DNA of 63,751 bases, filler included, from Globobulimina sp. (GCA_003354225.1; 42 parts of 42 records of this genome joined end to end with filler, not necessarily neighbours in it), one strand, 5' to 3'; positions 51,698 through 63,751 are shown, counted from the first letter of the whole stretch. The notes: generated by a model from the sequence alone, not told the origin. A program made the numbers and translations.

Positions 51698-52067
51698 GCA
51701 TTGTTATTTTAATAAAAAACAACAAACAGATAAGACCGTAGTAATTAAAAATGCATCAAACATTCCGCAATCTGCTCTAAAAGAAGGCGTAGGGAGTTAC
51801 AATAATATTGGCGCGCAATGTCAGTCATCACAGGTTAAAGTAAAAAAATGTTTTTGTATACAAATAAAATTAAATTTTGTTGTTGTTTGATGTTGACAGA
51901 TTAGTGAATTTGAGAGAAATGAAAATAAATTGAATGGAGATGATGATGTGATGATGCCTATGATTTTAGCAATGCTCAGTGATGAAGATATTGAGGATAT
52001 TTATGAGAAGGGAGTGGATGATTCGGTGACCACAGGAGATACACAGACTGGAGGTTGCTTCGTGTGA
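51698..52067 (+). CDS. C-terminal acidic tail of an unknown protein; intron 51834-51899
   Basis: CAG|GTTAAA...GACAG|ATT joins to DEDIEDIYEKGVDDSVTTG...*. Confidence 0.5.
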
Positions 52068-52575
52068 TGGGTTATGGTGAATTGTTAGTATGGATAGGAT
52101 AGGCGTAGCATATATGATGTTTGCTTTAATTATTTTGTTTTTTTTATGTTTAATTTTTTTTATTGGTTTATTTATTTATACAAGATAACTCATTATTATA
52201 GTTTAAACATTTTTTGTTACACTGAGAAAAGTTTTAATTCACATGTAACATGGCGCTTACACTAATCCGATTTGCATAAAAACATGCCAATATTTGTACA
52301 TATTAAATGGTGGATCGCAATTATCAATTGATCATAATCATAATTATATCATGCATGATATTGTATATGAACCCAATGGATGAGGGTAAATCGATTAAAA
52401 GCAACAACAAAGTGATTATATGGAAGCAGTTTGATTAATATTTAAATATGCATATGATTTATAAGCATATAGCATCGTTTCATCATGAAAATACAACTCA
52501 TAATTTAATTATAACTCATGATCAATAACTACTGAAATAGAATCGAATAGTTTCCAGAAAGTGAATATAGAAAAC

Positions 52576-52953
52576 ATGTCCAAACGAAGTTCACCAACCA
52601 ATTCGGACTCCAGCGTATCATCAAAATCATCACAATCATCACATAGACGCGTGCGCATTATTAAAGATGCAACCATCGAAAATGCCACTATTAGCGGTGC
52701 CATTATATCAGGAGCCGTCATATCCGGCGCAACGTTGAGTGGTGACTTTGAAATGGACGGTGTAACATTGTCAAACTGCACTTTCACAAAGAATTCGATC
52801 AAAGGCGGTGTAATGAAAGGTGGAAGCATTCGCGGCGGAATAATGTCAGGAGGAAAAATTGAAGGTGGTGCGGTTAAAGGTGGTGCGGTTAAAGGTGGCG
52901 AATTAAGCGGAGGAACTATGACCGGCGGCAATATTCTTCAAACAATTCAATAA
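52576..52953 (+). CDS. Small pentapeptide-repeat protein
   Basis: DATIE NATIS GAIIS GAVIS GATLS ... GGVMK GGSIR GGIMS GGKIE GGAVK GGAVK GGELS GGTMT. Confidence 0.75.
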   Translation: MSKRSSPTNSDSSVSSKSSQSSHRRVRIIKDATIENATISGAIISGAVISGATLSGDFEMDGVTLSNCTFTKNSIKGGVMKGGSIRGGIMSGGKIEGGAVKGGAVKGGELSGGTMTGGNILQTIQ

Positions 52954-53217
52954 CCTTCAACACTCAAAACAAATGTGTGTTTCGTTTGAATAACACCAAC
53001 ATTGTACCTTGTAAATATATACTATTCTCTTGTAAATAACATGCAATATAAAATGTTTAATTATAAACTACCAAAAGTCTCCAACAATAATAAAAAAAAA
53101 ATGCCCAAAAGTCATTANNNNNNNNNNNNNNNNNNNNNNNNNNNNNNNNNNNNNNNNNNNNTTAATTAATTAANNNNNNNNNNNNNNNNNNNNNNNNNNN
53201 NNNNNNNNNNNNNNNNN

Positions 53218-54637
53218 ACAGAGAGTATCCACTGACAACGATACGTACTGGCAATGCAATCGTGATGCTATAACGTGGGATTTTTTATGCGATAACACCG
53301 ATTATATTGACTTAATATGTGTGATAACCGGAGGAGATACGACATTCATTGACAAACAAGTTCAAACTATCGAGTCACTGGCGATACTATTAGATGGTGA
53401 TGCATATACATACGATCCTTGGCTAAACACATTGGATAAATCACATTTACTCTTCCAATGGAGCTGCCAATATCATACTGCTTCAAGTTCACTGTGGAGG
53501 GATTGTAACGAAATGTTTGTTGGTTTGGATGAGGAGGCCACCACATACGCACAGTTTGAGACGCAACATATCATTGAAAATGAAGATTATGTGTATCAAT
53601 ATACCTTAGATGTGACAGATATTAATAATGATAAACGATTATGTCAATCGACACCAACCATTACAATTTCTATTCATACCATACCAAATGAAGAAGATAA
53701 TGTTTTGTATATACCATTGCTAACTGTATCTATTCAACCATTGGACAGCAGTGAGAAAATATATATCGATACTCCTGTGCGCTTAATTGGGAAGTTATCG
53801 ACATGGGATAGCACAGATACTGGCGCTTATTATTACAAATATATTTGGAGTGATATATCTGGGCAGATTAGTGCTGAACAATTATGGTTGATAGCAAATT
53901 CAATACATGAGAAGAATTTAATTATTGATAGTTATGCGTTGCTGGAAGGCTATGAGTATGAGTTTGAATTAACAGTGCAGCAATACGCAGATAGTATGTA
54001 TGATATATATCTACAGACAGTGACATCGCAATCTATTATAATTTATGTGAATGCCCCGGATATATCGGTTATAAATTCAACAATAATGATCAATGAGGAT
54101 TGTATTGCAAACGCTGTTACATATACAACATTTGAACAGTTATTTAGTCGACATTTTAACATCACATTTAATGGAAAAGATGCGGAGTCGAATGGCTATC
54201 AGTTTGCATATTCGATGGCAAATTATATTAATGAAGAGAAGATATTGTTACATCCATCGTTATTGACATCGCAAACATACTTTAATGATTTCATATTGCC
54301 GTTATCATCGTCAATTATATTTCATGTTGACATATTTGATCAACATTATAAATCTGTTGAGATTAATACGAATGAGTTTTGTATGATTGGATTTGCATCA
54401 AATGTGTTCAATAAATGTATATCTTATAAACACGATGTTTATAATGAACTGCAGTCATCGAAATTATTTATTATACAAACTGCACATTAAATATTGCATT
54501 TAGTGCATACGCAAAGTACGGGGATTGACGATTGTAAACAGGAATATATGACTGATTTATTAGACGTTATTTACACTGAGTTTGTAGCTTTATGTCAATC
54601 TGATTTTGTTCTGGTTTGTTATACTGTATACATATAT
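53218..54637 (+). CDS. REJ/PKD-like extracellular protein fragment with an in-frame TAA at 54488-54490
   Basis: ITGG...ILLDGDAYTYDP...FQWSC, YKYIWS, NLIIDSYALLEGYEYEFELTV; ORF 54494 is in the same frame. Confidence 0.7.
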
Positions 54638-54737
54638 NNNNNNNNNNNNNNNNNNNNNNNNNNNNNNNNNNNNNNNNNNNNTTAATTAATTAANNNNNNN
54701 NNNNNNNNNNNNNNNNNNNNNNNNNNNNNNNNNNNNN

Positions 54738-56156
54738 TTCATACTCAAATTCGTATTATATATCCTATCCTCATTGCTACTTTTCTTATTTTTCACAACA
54801 TTCATATTTTGATATTCGAATTCTTTCATACTATCAACCTTATTGTCCTCCCGTTTATCCTCTACATTCAATATAACATTCTCCGACTTATTGCTCCCAT
54901 TCTCATTAGATTTAAACCAATGATCCGGGTTCGCCAAAATGGCGATATTATTCACACTCGAACTGCCGCCGGGTATATGCCTTAGTAACATCCGTTGTTG
55001 ATGCGATAATTGGGATGATTGTTGCTGTTGCAATTGCGGCCCATCAGCACCATCGGCACCACCTCCACTGTGCTCCTGTTCATTGCGCTCATTCTCATTC
55101 TCATTCTGTGCGGGCGCGTTGCTTAAATCTGTGCGTATGGGCGCACCGCAATGGATCACCGACAATATGATCCCTAACAACATGGCTCCATTCACAGACA
55201 GCATGCCTGTGCCTAAATTGCTTTGTGTGATGGCCTCTTTTTCTTGCCAGGCCTCATATTTTTGCACTTGGTTTTCGAACACAGCGGCAAATACAAAGGA
55301 GCTCCAATTTAATATGCATGCGCATAATATGGTGATGGCAATGGCTAAGATCTTCTGGATGGAGCTGCGTAGCGTGCTATTTTTAGTATGGCATTTGTCG
55401 AATAATGGATGGGTTCCGAAGATGCAAAGGGAGCCTAATAATAACAAGGCAATCACAAATATAATAAACCATAATGACAAATCTTGAGTGGACGATGTGG
55501 TGCCTGTGCATGTACAAAAAGTGAGTGGTGACTTGCGAAATTGCGTACAGTTCAAACTTTTTCCAGTTTCAAACTGTTGCAAAAACAGAATTAAATTTCC
55601 AGTCAAATTAAAGTGGGGAAAAAAAATAATTTGCAGTTTCAAACTGACATTTTTGTGGGTTTGAAACTGAAATATTGACAGTGTATACCTGACTGTCTAT
55701 ACGTTATGAACTCGCAGGTCTCATTGGTGGCGGTGTTGGTGTTATTTATGAATATTTTGCCTGACAATTGTTGATTATTTGAGTAATTATAATAGGTTTT
55801 ATAATATGTATCATTTATATAGACTTTATTGCAATACTTAATATGCCATAAATTTAAATGTAGTCCAATGTGGGTATAGTTGACGTGATGTATGGTTAAA
55901 TTGTATGGTATATCGTCGGTATGGTCGTCCATGTCATTGATGGGAGATTGTAACAATATGTGTTCGTCAGTGTTGATTATGGTTGGTATGTATGTGGAGG
56001 ATGAATAATTAATATGTGGTGTCATTGTGGTGGAGTTGAACATTGCAATCTGATTTATTTCTGACCAATAAAATTTAGGACATAATGCCATTGTCAATAA
56101 GAATACAATAACTATTGATAATAATGACATGCCCAATGTACAGATGGATCTCCATC
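54738..56156 (-). CDS. Tetraspan, claudin/PMP22-like membrane protein; intron 55504-55688
   Basis: A phase-1 GTATAC...GCACAG intron joins ORFs 55639-56136 and 54686-55642; TM1, W...NLW...C...C loop, three more TMs, hydrophilic tail. Confidence 0.65.
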
Positions 56157-56419
56157 NNNNNNNNNNNNNNNNNNNNNNNNNNNNNNNNNNNNNNNNNNNN
56201 TTAATTAATTAANNNNNNNNNNNNNNNNNNNNNNNNNNNNNNNNNNNNNNNNNNNNTTGGGAAAATAGTGATTATAACGCTACTTTTTATTGGGAACACG
56301 GTCGAAGCAACACAGAAACTTTAATCTAATTTGATGACTAGCTCACCTCAAGAAAACTTTTGATGAAAATCCATTGTATTAATTTAAATAGTGCACCACT
56401 TGCAAATCAATGACGTACG

Positions 56420-57511
56420 TTAACGCTCTTTATATATTTCATAGTTATAACATTCTTTACATAGCGTCACCATCTCAGGTTCATAATCGCCGAGGTAATA
56501 TTCGCAGTAATCATAACTCTCAGCACAAGATTCACATATTTTTGTGTTACATTTCGAACATTCTCGTGCCTCAAAACAAGAATCACATAATGTTCTTCCA
56601 CAATCTTCTCCTTCGCAAAGCCCTCCACAATCATTAGAATTCGAACAACCATTGCAACAATAATACTCCAATTCACATTTATCACCATCGCCCGCTTCAC
56701 ATTTTAACATACAGCCATAACACACTTCTTTTTCGCACATTGAACATTTACGTAACCACTCATTATCATGTCAACATTTTCCGCATTTTACGCAATAATA
56801 CGCTGACAATCTTTTTAAATCTTCAATCATGTCGTCATATTTTTGCCTTTGACATCGCAAAGCATCAATGTTTTGCCATAAATAGTCCTCAGATTTATCC
56901 TTAAGATTACGTTCCTTAATCTTTTCGTACTCTGTTCTTGACCGTATTGCACCCTCTTTTGTACATAATTTATTCCATTGTTTACATACCGCGTTCTGCC
57001 GATTGCCACCAAATGACATAATTAATTGAATCAAATCTTCACATAATACATGATTTATTGGCATGCATGCATAATATCGGTCTATTGATTGATGCATGCT
57101 ATCATTGCTTATTTGGTCTTTGATAAATTGCTTCACTGTCTTTAATGGAATGGTTTGTAGAATGCCTGATAATTCCGGTGTATTTGCTGCATTTTCCAAC
57201 ATATTATTAGTCTCATTTTTGCATCGCTTACTATTTTCAGCGAGTTTGCCTGGATTACCACTTGCATTTTTCACACAAAAGGGACACGGAAAAAAATCAT
57301 CCCAATAAACAGGCGACGTTTGTTTGAGATCAATGCAAATATAATGGAACCATTCGGAACATGTCGGACATTGTATCATTGCCTTGCCGTCCCATGGTTT
57401 CCTACATATACAATATTTTGCAATTCTCTCTTTTGTTTTGCGCGGTTCGTTGCTGGATTGTGAAGAATTCCGCTTTTTCTTTTTGCTACGTTTACTTGTA
57501 ATGTTTGACAT
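56420..57511 (-). CDS. PHD finger + F-box-like + Cys-rich protein with an in-frame TGA at 56771-56773
   Basis: YCICRKPW...MIQCPTCSEWFHYIC...CPFC; INHVLCEDLIQLIMSF...AVCKQWNKLC; ORF 56420-56740 is in frame 30 nt after the TGA. Confidence 0.75.
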
Positions 57512-57775
57512 GATTTTTTTCTGAGTTAGTTAAGGTTTTGTTTATCCGTAAAAAACTTGAACGTTTATAAGCATGTTAAGCAGAGCAGGAAGAAAAACAC
57601 CAAATTTATCATGCATTTCTATCAATACACGTAATTTTTTTGATTATTTACGCGTAGCAAACGAAGTAGATTCAGNNNNNNNNNNNNNNNNNNNNNNNNN
57701 NNNNNNNNNNNNNNNNNNNTTAATTAATTAANNNNNNNNNNNNNNNNNNNNNNNNNNNNNNNNNNNNNNNNNNNN

Positions 57776-59194
57776 TCAATTGGAAATATGGGCGGTCTGT
57801 TAAAAGTGTTTTCCCATTCATTGTAATGTTCAATCCACAACAATGCGGAATATACATATTTTGATAATCTCGGTGCTTTTAATCGATAATCGGCATTATT
57901 CCGAACATCCTCCATCAACAATTTGCCCTTTTCTCCTCTGTTTCTATTTGGCATTTTCCAATCACTGGGCATCTCCCATTCATCTGACCGTATATAATAA
58001 TAATATGTTTTGCGATCACTTAAATACTCCCAAATGTAAGAGTCAATGTGTGACGATGCCACATCTTTCATATGCCAGTAATCCACGGTGATCATTGCCG
58101 TTCCACTCCTCATAAATGCACCAATATAACTCACCGCACCGCACGCAGTAATCACCAAAGTATACGGCAGTATAAAATCGATTTGTTGTTGCATGGATTT
58201 GCCAGCATAAAGATCCAAACCTTGCACTGAATCTATTTCAACACCAAATAAATCCACCAAATATTCAATAATCAAACTAATATTTGTGTCATTGCTCCAT
58301 CGCCTTCTTTCTCCCTCGTCCTTTGAGATGAATAATATCTTTTGTTTGGCAGCATTTTCATATTTGTGGTACCTGTCGATATGCAATGGATGTTTGCGGA
58401 ATAAGTTGATGAAATTGGTGAAATCCCATCGATGATGAAACTTTCGCATCACTGACTTCCACCAAATGCGAAAATCATCAGTTCCAATCACTATGTTTTT
58501 AAAACAGGCCAAATCATTCAAACTGTCATTCGCTGCAAACAAGCGCTCATATTCTTGTTCCAGTGGCAAATCCCGGCCATGTTTTTTACGCGAATCAAAA
58601 CCTAAAAAAATAGGTTGTGTTCCATTGAAAATGTATTCATTCAAACCATTGATAAATTTGATCGGCAAAAACAAAGAGTTTGCATGGTCGAAACCAGCGG
58701 CTTGCCACAAATAATTAAATAATGGCTGGCAACACGTATTATTATCATATAAATGAAAGTAATGCAAAGCCCGATACATTGAATAAAAGTTATCTGTTAA
58801 AACATGACCAAAATTATAAACCCATTGCAAATAATGGTAAATCACAGTTTTATCAAACATTTTGTGAATATTATCCGTGTCTGGAAATGCTTCATTTATT
58901 ACCATTGGTGACAGCACCTCGTTTTTCATAGAATGAACCATTAAAAATCCTAATTTTGTGGTATTAAAATCGAAATAAATGTGATTCCCTTCAGTTTGAA
59001 TGATTTGTGTTGATGGCAATGCATAAAATAACCATTTATTTCGTTTATTTGAATAGCAAATATTCTTAAAATGACTTTCAAGGAAGATTGTCAACACTTG
59101 CATTGATGTGGACGATACTTCGCCATTTCCAATAAATATAAGCTACGAAACCAAGATGAACTTTATGCACAAAATGAAGGGATTTGAAGAAATG
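57776..59194 (-). CDS. Glycosyltransferase family 61-like protein, partial
   Basis: NFGHVLTD, ACFKNIVIG, RRWSN, SMQQQI...LVITACGAVSYIGAFMRSGTAMI. Confidence 0.7.
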
Positions 59195-59413
59195 NNNNNN
59201 NNNNNNNNNNNNNNNNNNNNNNNNNNNNNNNNNNNNNNTTAATTAATTAANNNNNNNNNNNNNNNNNNNNNNNNNNNNNNNNNNNNNNNNNNNNACAAAG
59301 GAAAAGAGAGACAATATTTGTATGGAAACAAGGAGACCATAATTATGGATAATTGATATAAAAAGTTGAGTGATATGGTGAGAACTTGTTTTGCAAGGAT
59401 ATTATTTTAACGT

Positions 59414-60425
59414 CACATGGATCCAGTTTTTCAATTTGGTTCATAGAACTGGCTAATATCAAAACCTTGATGGTGCTATAATTCCTTCAATATTTGAGAT
59501 ATTGAAAAAATAAAAGTGGCATGTCACCTTTATTTTTTGTTTTATTTGTTTATTTTCAATTTTCAAATCGATAGCATCAATATCGCGCAAGTTAGCATGA
59601 ACTGACATGTAGTTACTTGACATCAATAATTGCTTAAGTGAAAATTGTCATTTCAAAAACATTGGCCACTGTATTTTGTTTTATGTTGTCATATGCGACA
59701 CATAAATAATCAAGCATTGATTTGCGGCAAAAACTAAATCCAAATCTGACAGTTATTCATCAAAATATCAATAACCAAACAATGCAGTGCAAGGATGAAT
59801 GATTTTATATTATATCATGATCAAACATCGATATAATTCGCGTTCAAATTCAATATAAAATAATTCATATTCATAGCATACGAGATCTCATGTAAATGAT
59901 ATAAATGACCATTAATTATCCTTAAGGAACTTTCCGAATGAAGTCAATGAATGCGGCTATCGATGCATGCTATGTTGTAATGTAACAAACAATTTAATAA
60001 GCACATTTAATACCACATCAACAGCAATGCTATTTTTCAATTACAACCAATTTGCCAGTCCTTCTCCAGTTGGTATTTGTCTCTTGAACCAATAACCGAT
60101 GATCTGATTGAATTTAAATCTTGTAAGTTACAATTTGGATCGAGTCACGTTTAGTTTGGAGTGACATGATAATCCCTAAGGAGAAAATGCTGGAAAAATA
60201 ACAAAACACAACCAAGTCACTACAAGTCACTACACGAAATAATGATCATGATTTTCCTGGCGTTCTAAGCTGTTTCACAAAACACCAACCACACACAAAA
60301 AGTCTATATAGTCATATGTCATTAAACTGCAATTATCAACTTCATATCTCAAATATTGATGGTACCTAAATCAGAGGTAAAATTAGCCAGTTCTATGAAC
60401 CAAAATGAAAAACTGGATCCATGTG
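59414..60425. mobile_element. Putative non-autonomous DNA transposon bounded by 44-bp inverted repeats
   Basis: 59414-59457 is the reverse complement of 60382-60425 with one mismatch; further inverted match TCAATATTTGAGATAT internally; no ORF; no clear TSD. Confidence 0.7.
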
Positions 60426-60700
60426 TTACCGCGAAAACTAAATCCAAATCTGACATTTATTCATCAAAATATCAATAACAGCCAACCAAACAATTCAGTG
60501 CAAGGATTAATGATTTTACATTATATCATGGTCAAGCAACCGATATAAAATAATTCATATGCATAGCATACGAGATCTCATGTAAATGGTATAAATGACC
60601 ATTATCCTTAAGGAACTTTTCGAATGTACGCGGCTATCGATGCATGCTATGTTGTAATGTAACAAACAATTTAATAAGCACATCAATAACAATGCTATTT
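59729..60700. repeat. Diverged direct repeat pair (~59729-60040 and ~60434-60700)
   Basis: Both copies begin AAAACTAAATCCAAATCTGACA and share long exact blocks separated by indels. Confidence 0.9.
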
Positions 60701-61013
60701 TCAAATTGCATGCNNNNNNNNNNNNNNNNNNNNNNNNNNNNNNNNNNNNNNNNNNNNTTAATTAATTAANNNNNNNNNNNNNNNNNNNNNNNNNNNNNNN
60801 NNNNNNNNNNNNNTAAGAGAGGAAATACGATTACATCATAATGAAAAAATACAATTAAAAAATCATGTACTTTCTTTTTTTACATAATTTTACAGTAATT
60901 CTCGTTGCATTTTATTAATATTCTTATTGTAATGTAAATTGTTTTGATGACGAATCAAATGTAGGGGTAATCAACGGGATATATCCGGTAAAAGCTTTAA
61001 GTTTTAGCAACAA

Positions 61014-62232
61014 ATGCTTTTAAGCATGTCAGAGTCAGACAGAGAAGACTCACCTCTCATTAACAGAAAAAAAAAGAAAAGGAGAAGAGGAAAAAGAAAA
61101 TTAAATGAAATTAATGATATTGCCAATATCTACGAATCCAACAACAATTCAAACGATAAAAATGTATACGAACCAAAGCTAAATGCGAAAAAAAAACAAA
61201 AATTGTTTTATAACAATAAAAATAAGAAAAACACAACAAAAGGAACGAAATTAACACAATCTGTATGTTGTCCGATTTGTATTGCAAATATTTCAATTTT
61301 ATCTGAACTCGAGGCACAAAATCATATTTCAAACTGTATGGCAATGTATCAAGAAATGAAAAGAAAACAAAATGAAAACACTCAATTTAGTCAAAATATA
61401 TCATTACATGAACAACGAAGACAAAACAAAATAAAACATAATGAAATTGTCAATGAATGGAAAAATATATTTAAATCAAATAACAAAACAAAAAACGATC
61501 AAAAACAAAACACTATAAAAACGATATTAAAATTACCGGCATTTAAAAAATTAAAAAGAACAAATATTATAATAAATACATTTAATTATGATAATATTAT
61601 TAATATAAATAATGGAAATTGTGTTCATTTTTTAACGCATTTTCGTGATAAATATTATATTGGAATCACCTCTGAATGGAATAAACCAATTTATTGCAGT
61701 CAAATTACTGCAAATTTTTTAAAATATATGTTTAATTTAAATGATAATATTATTAATCCGTTACCAATCAATAAAAAAATATTAATTCCTGACTCAAATC
61801 CAATGACTTTTGTGACATTACTTAATGCAAATAACTTTATGAATGGTTCTGTAAATTTATTATTTCAGGTTACAAACACTAAAAATGTGCAAATCCGAAA
61901 CAATAATCCAGATCGAAATAAATCGTCAATTGTAACAATAAATGGTAAGAAAAATTTATCAATGCACAATTGGTTGGTGCCATATGATGATAAACAGGAA
62001 AATAATAATAAAAATACTGAGATTATATATAATGATATGTATTGTTGTGATTTTCATTTAAATGCAAATGATATAAATGAATATAAACAATATAATAAAT
62101 TAAAAAGAATAAATATTCGGAATTTGTACCTGGACACAACTTATTTCCACCCAAAATATAAATTTATTGTCGAAAGTAAATTATTTGAAAATGTAGAAAA
62201 TATAATTGATGACTTATTGAAAAATAATGATG
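61014..62232 (+). CDS. SNM1A/PSO2-like DNA cross-link repair MBL/beta-CASP protein with degenerate active site, 3'-partial
   Basis: UBZ-like CPIC...HISNC; HFLTHF, PIYCSQITANFL, LYLDTTYFHPKYKF. Confidence 0.85.
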
Positions 62233-62332
62233 NNNNNNNNNNNNNNNNNNNNNNNNNNNNNNNNNNNNNNNNNNNNTTAATTAATTAANNNNNNNNNNNN
62301 NNNNNNNNNNNNNNNNNNNNNNNNNNNNNNNN

Positions 62333-62722
62333 TTATCTAAACAGCCAATAATGGCATCAACATACCGGAAAACACCTAATCCCATTTCAAAGTTAATATC
62401 GCCATGCCAGGTTTTTACATTGACATCAGGGTTTAATTCTTTGACTCGTTGAGCGGCGACATCAACTTTTCGGCGACCGCGATCTCCTTCTCGGAATAAA
62501 ACCGAACGACTGAGGTTACTATCTTCAATCGTATCGAAGTCCGCGATAAGGATATTGCCAATGCCCATTAAGGCCAGATTTTTTAAGACTTCATTACCTA
62601 AGGCCCCGGCGCCAATTACTAAGATTGTAGCGTTGCGCACAATCTCTTGCTGCCACCAACTGATATAACCAAAGGTGTGATAACGGTCAGCATCTGGATC
62701 GGTGATGACGATGGGCTCGCCT
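62333..62722 (-). CDS. Bacterial-type ThiF/MoeB (E1-like) adenylyltransferase N-terminal half, in frame with the upstream ORF
   Basis: DRY...ISWWQQ, VIGAGALGNEVLKNLALMG, DFDTIEDSNLSRSVLF, KELNPDV, IIGCLD; higher GC than upstream. Confidence 0.92.
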
Positions 62723-63751
62723 ATTGTTACATTTAATTCATCGGTCATTCGCTGGATTGTGTTATTTGATTCATTTAATTTATTTTGCGATTGTTTGATT
62801 TGTTGATTGTATGATATTTTCATAGTGTTGGTATTATTTGCGAGCATATTTTGCGTTTCTTTTATGTCGTTTGTTAGTTCTTTGATTCGTAAATCTCGTT
62901 CATTGACAATCTTTTTTTGAAATTCAGACTGCTGTGAATATGACGATATTTTCTCATTTAATTTATCAATTTGTTGCTTATATTGATTGGACATTTGTTT
63001 TAATGCATTATTTTCATTTTGTGCGTCTTGAAAGATCTGCGTTAAATTTGCGTGCTTTGTTTGCAGAAAATGTAATGACGTTTGAACGGATTGATAATTT
63101 TTATTTATTTCTTTTAATTTTTGAATTTCTTCATCTTTGGATTGCAATATTTGCAAAACTTTTTTATTTCTCACTTCGTTCGCGGCTCTTTCTTTGCCGA
63201 TGGTAGCATCGACAATGGCTTCCAAGTCAGGGATTGATGCATTTATTTCAGATTTGACGCTTCCAAAATAACTCAATTCAATTTTTAATTCACTCATATT
63301 ATTCTCCAATTTGATGATGTAATCTCGCAAATTTTTGTTCTCTTTTTCTATCTCTCTATCTTCAAATATTTCCGATGTTATATTATTATCATTATAATTA
63401 TGATACATATTATCATTTGTATTGACATTTGCATTGCGGCCATTAATATCATTCTCATTAATATCATTCTGCTGCGTTGCGGCCATAGTGATGATGGACG
63501 AGATGTGGTCATTAAAAAAATCCGATTTAATATAAAATATATCTTTGATGTTTAGTGATTTGGTCGAGATAGATTTGGTGAGTTTTAATTGGATCTCAAT
63601 ATTTTTCGATTCATTTGATTGTAATGTTATCGTTGGTTCATTTATTTTATATCTAAAGGCATTTCCAGCTTTGATTTCAATATTTACTGGGTATGATAGT
63701 GTATTTTCAAAATTAACCGTCTGCACAAATGTTTGATTCAGTTTAACATTT
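62723..63751 (-). CDS. Eukaryotic coiled-coil protein, centlein-like, with an N-terminal Ig/MSP-like segment (fragment)
   Basis: PDLEAIVDATIGKERAANEVRNKKVLQILQSKDEEIQ resembles the centlein PDL...EREK...KVLEILQVKD motif; AT-rich codons. Confidence 0.6.

Noticed and set aside
55639-55642. ATGA stop/start overlap suggesting prokaryotic translational coupling
   Set aside because: A GT-AG intron (55504-55688) explains both ORFs as one gene; the overlap falls inside the intron.
56257-56419. SECIS element downstream of the in-frame TGA gene
   Set aside because: A GTGA...AAA segment exists, but I could not build a convincing stem with the 3' GA quartet by eye.
53218-57511. Alternative genetic code (TAA or TGA reassigned)
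   Set aside because: Only one in-frame stop of each kind was seen. Recognisable genes end at expected places with TAA (H1, DUSP) or TGA (EEP, esterase) and have no internal stops.

Overview
This window is not one locus. It is 42 unrelated short contigs of about 1.42 kb, sorted by length and joined by 100-nt N spacers that carry a TTAATTAATTAA six-frame-stop linker, so adjacency across spacers has no meaning. Most contigs come from an AT-rich, intron-containing protist, inferred to be rhizarian/foraminiferan-like. It has mostly short 57-95 nt GT-AG introns, many with GTT donors. Recognisable eukaryotic genes or fragments include a mitochondrial ATP synthase beta, a multi-Ubl/ubiquitin fusion, SCC2/NIPBL with a PHD finger, an SLC12 cotransporter, an HSL-type esterase, a Cys-less pLGIC, a rhodanese-DUSP, an ART-like protein, VPS35L, a U-box protein, TRM7, a nocturnin-like EEP, a P450, histone H1, REJ, GT61, an SNM1-like protein and 7TM proteins. 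There are also two LINE fragments, a TIR element, several tandem repeats and a tRNA-like element. Foreign material comprises a Bacteroidota-like clc-menA contig, a phage-like JAB-domain toxin/immunity-like cassette, a bacterial ThiF/E1 gene joined in frame to a centlein-like ORF, and two contigs with animal-like splice signals. The best leads are the JAB cassette (47138-48528), the PHD-bearing SCC2 outside plants, the centlein-E1 fusion or chimera, a catalytically degenerate SNM1, and in-frame stops inside otherwise continuous ORFs. All family calls come from motif recognition by eye; no searches were run.
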